Below, in pieces: positions 1-7,132 of a stretch of DNA of 57,718 bases. Every line of letters starts with the position of its first letter. Position 1 is the stretch's first letter. Source of the stretch: Patescibacteria group bacterium. GTDB taxonomy: Bacteria > Patescibacteriota > Doudnabacteria > UBA920. The stretch lies in contig WARV01000007.1 in the NCBI GenBank assembly GCA_013387205.1, positions 1 to 57,718 on the forward strand, in the 5' to 3' direction. The notes below the pieces were generated by a model. That model was not told the origin of the DNA. It did not search any database and saw nothing but the letters and a program-made list of their open reading frames with translations. The position numbers and the translations under genes are program-made.

Positions 1-1
1 C

Positions 2-3000
2 GGAGCCACAGACAGCTATACCATGGTGCTTAACACCCAGCCTGCAGGAGATGTGACTGTCACCTTGTCATCTACGCCCGGGGCGACCACTTCAGTAGCA
101 AGTCTAATCTTTACTCCAGCCAATTGGGAAACTCCCCAGACCGTAACCATCAGCGGTACCCAAGCTGCGCCGGTAGGCATTTCAACCAGTACAATCAGTC
201 ATGTATTAAGCAGCTCAGACCCTAATTATCTTAATTTGAGCATTCCCGATATCAACGTGGCGGTTAGTCATGTAATGTTGCCTGGAGCGGGGTCGGAAAT
301 TCCAAGGCCAGACCTTTGGGTAACGGATAATGAGGTATTTACTTCAGCTGTGAGTGGAAATACTCTATATATAGGAGGGTCATTTTCATATGTCGGGCCC
401 AATACCGGAAGAGCCGCGTTATATGACCGGGCAACCAGAACCAGGAAAATATTTCCTAAATTTGACGATGCGGTTGAAGCTGGAGCACCTGATGGCAGCG
501 GTGGTTGGTATGTTGGGGGCAGCTACCAAACAATACGCGATGTCTCTAATGCGGCTTTGGCGCACGTTCTTCCCGATGGATCTCTCGATCCTAATTTCAA
601 TGCAAATTTTGTTGCTTGGTCAGAAGTTACCGCAATTGCAAAAAAAGGAAATTATTTATTCGTTGCCGGGGATGTAAAAATAGCAGGGGACAGTGTATGG
701 AATACGCTGCTGGTTTTGAACGCCACAACGGGTCAGGCCTATAGCTGGCGTCCAAATTTGTTGACTTGGAAGTACGCAGACACCAGTGCGGATATTTATT
801 CTATGTTAATAGACGGTAATACATTATATGTAGCCGGAAACATTACCAAAGCTGACGGTCAGGTCCGGTCCGGGGTTGTAGCTTACGATATTACCGCTCC
901 AACCGCGCCAACCCTTACTAACTTTAATCCTGTACTAACGTGGGCACCGGGGTGGAACCCGCTAAGGCCTGAGGTAAAGAATATGGTACTTAAAGGCTCC
1001 GTGTTGTATATTGGAGGGTCTTTCAGCACGGTCAATGGCCAGGCCCGGACTAATGCCGCAGGACTTGACTTAACCCAAATAAACGGCGGTCCCACTAATT
1101 TTGTTCCGGTGCTGGATGATAAAGTAAGCTCGTTAGCGCTAATTGGTGATACCCTGTATATCGCCGGAGACTTTACTCATGCAAACAGCCAGCCCCGCGG
1201 GGCTGGCGCGGCATATAATCTGCTTGACAATAGCTTGCTTAGCTGGGATCCTCAGTCTCGCTATATTATGGCAATGGCAACAGACGGAACGACGGTTTTT
1301 ATTGGCGGCTCGTTTGGCCAGGCTGGCGGGGTAACCAGTGACGGCGTGGGTTCTGTTGATGCGATTACCGGAAACGGCAACACTTGGAATCTGCAGGCAA
1401 ATAACTACATGTATAACATTATTGTGGGTGATGGCGAGGTTTTCTTCGGAGGCCGGCAATCAAGCATGGGCGGAGTATTAAGAAATAATTTAGCGGCTAT
1501 TGATCTCGTTACCGGCATGGCTACGGACTGGAATCCTGGCTCTAGCGCTTATATTTATAATATTGCGGCAAATAAAGATACTGTTTATGTGTCTTGCGCA
1601 GACCGTTGCTATAGTGATTGGACTATTGGCGGAACGAGTCAGAATTATTTAGCGGCTATTGATGCCGCTACCGGTTTGCCAATTCCGGCCTTCGACCCAA
1701 ATCCGGATTACGAAGTTGACTCCTTGCTTCTAACAAATAATCATTTGTATGTAGGAGGTCTATTTAGCACAATTGGGCACACCAGCTTGCCTCGCTTGCG
1801 GTTTTTGGCACGGCTGGATTTAACTACTGGAAGATCTGATGATTCGTGGGATCCGGAACCAAACTGGAACAGTGCGAGCTATAGCGGTTTGTATATTTCC
1901 GACATGAAAATGAGCGATAATGATTCGACACTTTACGTAGGAGGGTATTTCAACGAAATCGGAGATAAAACTGGGATTAATAGACCAGGGGCCGCAAGAA
2001 ATAATTTGGCGGCAATTGATACGGCAACTGGCTTGCCGACTGCCTGGGATCCTAATGTTAATAGAGGGGTTGATACCGTGGCGCTTAAAAATGGCATATT
2101 ATATGCCGGAGGAGGTTTTACATCGGTAAATAATCCGGCTACAAGCAGAAATTATATTGCTGCATTTGATACAGCTTTAAATACGAATAACGTTATGGCA
2201 ACGTTTAATCCCAATCCGAACTATTATGTCACTTCTTCTGCAATATCAGATGATGGCGCAACATTATATGTAAGCGGGGACTTTGATACAATTGGCGGAC
2301 AGAACCGAAATTATTTGGCTGCCTTAGATACTACTGATGGTTCTGTATTATCATGGAATCCGAATCCGGATCATGGAGGTGATTATTATGGCACAAATAT
2401 AAATAATGTAACGCTGGCCGGAGAGGCATTATTTGTGAGCGGGTATTACGCTGCTATGGGACCTATAGACCCGGAGACCGGATGGGCAAGCCATCTTCAG
2501 TCAAATCTGGCCCAGCTTGGGACCTTCAGCCCTTATGTCCCGCCGGTAGTTTTATCAGGCGTTACCTTTAACGAATCTTCCGGGTCCACCGCAGTCACGG
2601 TCGGCGGAGCCACAGACAGCTATACCATGGTGCTTAACACCCAGCCTGCAGGAGATGTGACTGTCACCTTGTCATCTACGCCCGGGGCGACCACTTCAGT
2701 AGCAAGCCTAATCTTTACTCCAGCCAATTGGGAAACTCCCCAGACCGTAACCATCAGCGGCACGGCCGCCGCCCCGGCAGGATTTTCCACTTCCACCATC
2801 AGCCACACGGTCACCAGCGCGGATGCCGGTTATGACAATCTAAGCATCCCGGACATTAGCGTGGCCGTCACCAATAATTTGGTTACGCCTCCTGCTGGCG
2901 GCTCCGGCGGTGGCGGATCTCTTCCTTCGTATTGCCAGTTGAACACCTCTGACGCTGCCTGCAGTCCTAGCAAGCCTGATGATGGAGCTAAGAATGATCC

Positions 3001-4891
3001 TCCGTGGAAACCCGATTACCAAGACAATCTTCCTTTAACCAAATGGACCGTGGATGAGCAATGCATGGCTTTTAGCGGACAAAGCGGCTGGTTTGGCAGG
3101 TATTTTGATTACCCCAAAGACCATCCGGACATGGAGCTCCCCGGCAGCCTTTGGAATAAGCACTTTGGTGATCCCTTATCCAAGGCTAAACCTTGGAGTG
3201 CGGATTGGTATGATCTCAAATATTTCCGTTTTGCCAAACTAAGCCCTGATTTGAAATTTGGCACGCACTTTTTCCCGTTTGATTACGCGCCGGAAAAATT
3301 CATTGCCGGGCATGCTAATTATTTTGGAAGCGAGTGGTCTTCCAAAGTCAGCGCGCCGGAAAACGATTACTCCTTCCGTATCTCTTCCGACGACGACTCG
3401 TGGATATATATTGACGGCAAGCTGGTTATGGATAATTCCGGCGTCCATGGCGCGACGACCAAAACCGGCACCGTGCGTTTAAATGGCACCCACCTGGTGC
3501 AAATTTTCTTTGCTGAGCGGCACACCGTTGAATCACACTTCTATTTTATTTTCGACGACCCGAAGGGACAAATCCGTTACGCTGCTTTTTCTTCCGATTG
3601 CCGGGAAAAACCCGTTGCGGAAAAACCTGTTGTGCCGGAACCGGAAAGTTCCGGAAATGGCACGGGTTTCGGTTCAGGCGCAGGCCTGGGCCCGGTTGCA
3701 TCCATTTCGCCTGCTCAGGGAAATGTCGGAATTGGAGAGAATAATGGGACGCCATTGCCTGTAAATGACGCGGGGTTAAATATGCCGGCAACAGCCGGGT
3801 TGGTTCCGGACTCCAGCCAAAAAGAACCATCAATAAAAATACAAATTTTTGACATCATTGCCGCAATCGGGCTTAATGCCAAAACAGCAATTGATAATTT
3901 GACTGTCTCGGCAAGAAATAGTACTGCCTTAAGGCCATTGATAAGCTTGGTCAGTTTGCGGCAAGCCGCCAAAGTTTCCGCCACGCTGGTTGCGCCTGCG
4001 GTTTTGGTGTCGCAGTATTCTTTGGCTTTGGGCCAGGCAGGCTGGGCGGATTTATGGCTGTATGCCTTGCGCTTCTTCTACGGGCTGATGATCCTATTTG
4101 GGATAAGGCACAGGCGGAAAGTTTGGGGCACGGTTTACGACAGCGTGTCCAAGCAGCCGCTTGACCCGGCCATTGTTGAGCTGGTCGATTTCGTGACCGG
4201 GAAGAGCTTGGAGCAATCCATTACGGATCTGGAAGGCCGCTTTGGTTTTTTGGACAAGCCTGGCAAATTTTTGCTCAAAGCCAAAAAGACGCACTACCAG
4301 TTCCCGACGCAGAGAATTTGGGGCAGCAGCGACGGGATTTACAACAACCTTTACCGCGGAGGACTGATTGCCGTGGAAGTTGGCGGCAACGTGGTCAGTC
4401 CTAATATCCCCATGGATCCTTTGGAGTTTGACTGGAACCAGATGGACAAGCAGCGGTTAGTCAAGTTCCATCCCAAGCTGGAAATGGCCCTGCATTGGAT
4501 TTTGTTTGTGTTGTTCTATTTGGGTTTTGTGCTTGCCCTGGCCAACTTTATCTTAATACCAAGCCTGGTTACGGGAATCCTGCTGGTCCTTTATGCGATT
4601 TACATCGCCTTGCGCTTGCTGATTCCAAACCCCAGGCTGTGGGGAAAAGTAATCAGCCAGGGCATTCCGGTTGAAGGTTTGGTGGTTGAGCTCAGTCCCA
4701 CGAAACTGCCGAATGTGGTCATGGGCAAGGCGAAAGTTTCGGCGCAGGGCAAGTTTTTCCTTAAAGCCCCGCCAGGGAATTATTTTCTGAAAGTCATTAA
4801 AAAGGGCGAGCAGAAGGTTGTCATCCTAAAAGCGATTAAGCTTAAGACAAACAAGCATTGGGCGGTAAACAATACGATAAAGATTAGTTAA
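2..4891 (+). CDS. Giant surface protein, 5' end outside the window (Ig/Calx-like module, beta-propeller repeats, second copy of the module, PA14 domain, C-terminal membrane module)
   Basis: Frame is open from nt 2 (GATDSYTM.., identical to the internal copy at 2605). Many blades of the type N(N/Y)LAAIDxxTGxxxxW(D/N)PN...LY(V/A)GGxF, which is delta-60/DUF5122-like. PA14-like GWFGRYFDYP..FRISSDDDSWIYIDGKLVMDNSG..VQIFFAERH. Pro/Gly linker, then hydrophobic helices and two CarboxypepD_reg-like segments (VWGTVYDSVSKQPLDPAIVEL; LWGKVISQGIPVEGLVVEL). Confidence 0.85.
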   Translation, partial: GATDSYTMVLNTQPAGDVTVTLSSTPGATTSVASLIFTPANWETPQTVTISGTQAAPVGISTSTISHVLSSSDPNYLNLSIPDINVAVSHVMLPGAGSEIPRPDLWVTDNEVFTSAVSGNTLYIGGSFSYVGPNTGRAALYDRATRTRKIFPKFDDAVEAGAPDGSGGWYVGGSYQTIRDVSNAALAHVLPDGSLDPNFNANFVAWSEVTAIAKKGNYLFVAGDVKIAGDSVWNTLLVLNATTGQAYSWRPNLLTWKYADTSADIYSMLIDGNTLYVAGNITKADGQVRSGVVAYDITAPTAPTLTNFNPVLTWAPGWNPLRPEVKNMVLKGSVLYIGGSFSTVNGQARTNAAGLDLTQINGGPTNFVPVLDDKVSSLALIGDTLYIAGDFTHANSQPRGAGAAYNLLDNSLLSWDPQSRYIMAMATDGTTVFIGGSFGQAGGVTSDGVGSVDAITGNGNTWNLQANNYMYNIIVGDGEVFFGGRQSSMGGVLRNNLAAIDLVTGMATDWNPGSSAYIYNIAANKDTVYVSCADRCYSDWTIGGTSQNYLAAIDAATGLPIPAFDPNPDYEVDSLLLTNNHLYVGGLFSTIGHTSLPRLRFLARLDLTTGRSDDSWDPEPNWNSASYSGLYISDMKMSDNDSTLYVGGYFNEIGDKTGINRPGAARNNLAAIDTATGLPTAWDPNVNRGVDTVALKNGILYAGGGFTSVNNPATSRNYIAAFDTALNTNNVMATFNPNPNYYVTSSAISDDGATLYVSGDFDTIGGQNRNYLAALDTTDGSVLSWNPNPDHGGDYYGTNINNVTLAGEALFVSGYYAAMGPIDPETGWASHLQSNLAQLGTFSPYVPPVVLSGVTFNESSGSTAVTVGGATDSYTMVLNTQPAGDVTVTLSSTPGATTSVASLIFTPANWETPQTVTISGTAAAPAGFSTSTISHTVTSADAGYDNLSIPDISVAVTNNLVTPPAGGSGGGGSLPSYCQLNTSDAACSPSKPDDGAKNDPPWKPDYQDNLPLTKWTVDEQCMAFSGQSGWFGRYFDYPKDHPDMELPGSLWNKHFGDPLSKAKPWSADWYDLKYFRFAKLSPDLKFGTHFFPFDYAPEKFIAGHANYFGSEWSSKVSAPENDYSFRISSDDDSWIYIDGKLVMDNSGVHGATTKTGTVRLNGTHLVQIFFAERHTVESHFYFIFDDPKGQIRYAAFSSDCREKPVAEKPVVPEPESSGNGTGFGSGAGLGPVASISPAQGNVGIGENNGTPLPVNDAGLNMPATAGLVPDSSQKEPSIKIQIFDIIAAIGLNAKTAIDNLTVSARNSTALRPLISLVSLRQAAKVSATLVAPAVLVSQYSLALGQAGWADLWLYALRFFYGLMILFGIRHRRKVWGTVYDSVSKQPLDPAIVELVDFVTGKSLEQSITDLEGRFGFLDKPGKFLLKAKKTHYQFPTQRIWGSSDGIYNNLYRGGLIAVEVGGNVVSPNIPMDPLEFDWNQMDKQRLVKFHPKLEMALHWILFVLFYLGFVLALANFILIPSLVTGILLVLYAIYIALRLLIPNPRLWGKVISQGIPVEGLVVELSPTKLPNVVMGKAKVSAQGKFFLKAPPGNYFLKVIKKGEQKVVILKAIKLKTNKHWAVNNTIKIS

Positions 4892-4906
4892 ACAATTTGC
4901 AATCTC

Positions 4907-4950
4907 AACGGCTAAATCCTAATATTCTTAGGATTTAGCCGTTTATTTTA
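4907..4950 (+). terminator. Hairpin terminator, member of the AACGGCTAAA palindromic repeat family
   Basis: aacggctaaatcc (4907-4919), 11-nt loop, ggatttagccgtt (4931-4943), then a T-rich tail. It lies 16 nt after the stop of the giant ORF. Confidence 0.7.
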
Positions 4951-4990
4951 TTAAAAATTTAGAATCCGGGTTATTTTGAAACATAAATAA

Positions 4991-5028
4991 CCATTCCACT
5001 TTTTCACGGCCGTGAAAAAGTGGAATGG
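4991..5028. repeat. Perfect 38-nt palindrome centred on ACGGCCGT
   Basis: ccattccactttttcacgg|ccgtgaaaaagtggaatgg, followed by tgttttt. Confidence 0.8.
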
Positions 5029-5376
5029 TGTTTTTAAGGCAAATTTTAACCGGATGCCTTAGCCGGTTCCTTTTCCAAAGCTTCTATCATTTCATCAAGC
5101 CTTGAGAGCCTCTCTTCGGTCTCTTTTTTCTTTTGTTTTAATATTGCCTTTTGGTCTTCTTTAGATAAGTGCATTCTGCTTCCATAACACATAATTTTTA
5201 AAAACTTGGTTGGTTAAGTGGTGCCGACCTTTTAAATTGTCGCCATTTATATCAATATTTAACGCCACCCGTTTCCAGTCCTTACGGTTTGGGATAGGTA
5301 AAAAAACTAATAAATATAAGGGTTTGAATGACTCAATCGCCGGTTGAGGTATTTCGATCCTTAATCTGCGGATTGT

Positions 5377-5442
5377 ATCCGGATATACGGATACCTACGG
5401 ATATTCTTAGAAGCTAATTTGTAGTTATCCGTATATCCGGAT
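5377..5442. promoter_or_regulatory. Candidate operator: 17-bp perfect inverted repeat with extra TACGGATA boxes upstream of the efflux operon
   Basis: atccggatatacggata (5377-5393) and tatccgtatatccggat (5426-5442) are exact reverse complements. An extra direct tacggata box sits at 5396-5403. The site is about 110 nt upstream of the MFP start. Confidence 0.4.
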
Positions 5443-5554
5443 GATATCTGTATGTCAGGATCGGAATAATCCGCGGCTTTTAAAAACTGCCATTTTATGT
5501 TATACTTATTTACTGAAATTCGTAGTTTTGAAATCAACAATTAAACAAACATAT

Positions 5555-7120
5555 ATGGAAGATTTTTCGTCTTACGCCAAACACCATAAATTTATCATGG
5601 GTATTTTGGCTGTGATAGTAATTTTAGCCACGGCCGTGGGGGCAAGGCTTAATGGCAAAAACAAGCAGACAGAGCTCCAAAACCAGACAGTCAAAGTTTC
5701 TTTGGTTTCTGCCAAGGATTACATGAAGAGCCGCGGGATAGTTTCAGCCAATGGCACGGTTGAATCGCTGGAACAAGCTGAATTGCGCAGCCAGTTTTCC
5801 GCGCCGGTCTCTAAAATTTATACGCAAATCGGCAAGCAAGTCAGCGCCGGGCAAGTTTTAGTTACTTTGCAGAATAGCGATATCTCAGCACAGCTGGCCC
5901 AGACCCAGGCTTTGCTTAAGGCTGCACAGGCCAGGTTGGATGAAATGAAAAAAGGCTTGCGCACCGAAGAATTAGATTTGCTTGAAACCCAGATGAACGC
6001 TGCCAAACAGGCTTTGGCAGACACCAAGGCTCAGCAGGACACGGCAGTTGCCAGCGCTTTAAGCAACTTGCTTAACGCGGGGCTGTCGGCAATGCCCAGC
6101 AGCGGCAATACAGGATCTTCAAATCCGGCAATTTCCGGGTCTTACACTGGCACCGAACGCGGCCAGTATAAAATCAGCCTTTATGCGACAGGCAGCGGGA
6201 TAAGATTCCAGGCTTCCGGATTAGAAAGCGCGGAAGGCGAAGTTTCCGCCACGCCTATTAAGATGGGCAGTAAAGGGCTTTACATCCAATTTCCTTCCAC
6301 CAACATGCCAACCAACAATACCTGGACCGTTGATATTCCAAATACCCAGGCAGCAGGATATACCGCTTTAAACAGCGCTTACCAGTCGACTTTGCAGGGA
6401 AGGGAAACTGCGGTTAATGCGGCAACTAATGCCTTAAGCGCGGCCCAAAAACAATACGATTTAAAACTGGCCGGAGCATCTAACGAACAAATTAAAGCCC
6501 AGGAAGCTGCGGTTGAGCAGGCTGAGGCAAATGTGAAGACTGTTGCCGCGCAACTGGAAAAGACCGTCATCCGTTCGCCAATAAAAGGCACGGTATCGGT
6601 TTTATCCGTAAAATACGGGGAACTCGTCAGCCCGGGGCAGCTCGTGGCTTCTGTCGTCAACAAAGGCGGCTTGCAGGTTAAAGCTTACATCAGCGATTAT
6701 GATTTGCCATACGTGGCCGAAGGCGCGGAAGTGAAAATTAACGATACCGCCACAGGCACTGTTGCCAGGATGGCTACCAGCGTGGATCCAAGGACTAAAA
6801 ATGTAGAAGTCCAGGTCGTGGTAAGTGATCCGGAAAATTCCGGGCTAGTTGCCGGCCAGAACGCTTCCATAAAAATTTCCGCCAAAGAAAATTCTGACGG
6901 GGGAATGCTGTTTTTGCTGCCTCTCCAGGCTGTCAAAGTTTCCAGTTCCGGAGCTTCGGTTTTCACGGTTAACGATGATAACACCGTAACGGAACGTCAG
7001 GTCACTTTGGGTTCGGTTTCCGGAGAATTCGTGGAAATAAAAAGCGGTATGGATCCGGAAATGAAAATCGTCCCCGCCGTAAGCGAGCTTAAAGACGGAC
7101 AGAAAGTGAACGTACAATAA
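5555..7120 (+). CDS. Efflux periplasmic adaptor (HlyD/AcrA/MacA membrane-fusion family) with an inserted beta-rich domain
   Basis: N-terminal TM (ILAVIVILATAVG), lipoyl-like VSAGQVLVTLQN, a long coiled coil, and IRSPIKGTVSVLSVKYGELVSPGQ. ATG 5555 gives a sensible N-terminus. The track start 5441 lies inside the upstream inverted repeat. Confidence 0.85.
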   Translation: MEDFSSYAKHHKFIMGILAVIVILATAVGARLNGKNKQTELQNQTVKVSLVSAKDYMKSRGIVSANGTVESLEQAELRSQFSAPVSKIYTQIGKQVSAGQVLVTLQNSDISAQLAQTQALLKAAQARLDEMKKGLRTEELDLLETQMNAAKQALADTKAQQDTAVASALSNLLNAGLSAMPSSGNTGSSNPAISGSYTGTERGQYKISLYATGSGIRFQASGLESAEGEVSATPIKMGSKGLYIQFPSTNMPTNNTWTVDIPNTQAAGYTALNSAYQSTLQGRETAVNAATNALSAAQKQYDLKLAGASNEQIKAQEAAVEQAEANVKTVAAQLEKTVIRSPIKGTVSVLSVKYGELVSPGQLVASVVNKGGLQVKAYISDYDLPYVAEGAEVKINDTATGTVARMATSVDPRTKNVEVQVVVSDPENSGLVAGQNASIKISAKENSDGGMLFLLPLQAVKVSSSGASVFTVNDDNTVTERQVTLGSVSGEFVEIKSGMDPEMKIVPAVSELKDGQKVNVQ

Positions 7121-7132
7121 ATATATAAAACA

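Noticed and set aside
5046-5174. 42-codon minus-strand ORF (MHLSKEDQKAILKQKKKETEERLSRLDEMIEALEKEPAKASG), below the track threshold.
   Set aside because: It has only a weak GGAAG RBS and no motif, and it is short enough to be chance. I kept it only as a possible partner of the nearby operator-like repeat.
5441-5554. N-terminal extensions given by the ORF track, with starts at 5441, 15391, 17798, 18640, 32274, 33410, 34419, 37601, 49925 and 55210.
   Set aside because: The extensions run through terminators, repeat elements or the preceding gene. Internal ATGs give a proper signal/TM or conserved N-terminus, often with an RBS.
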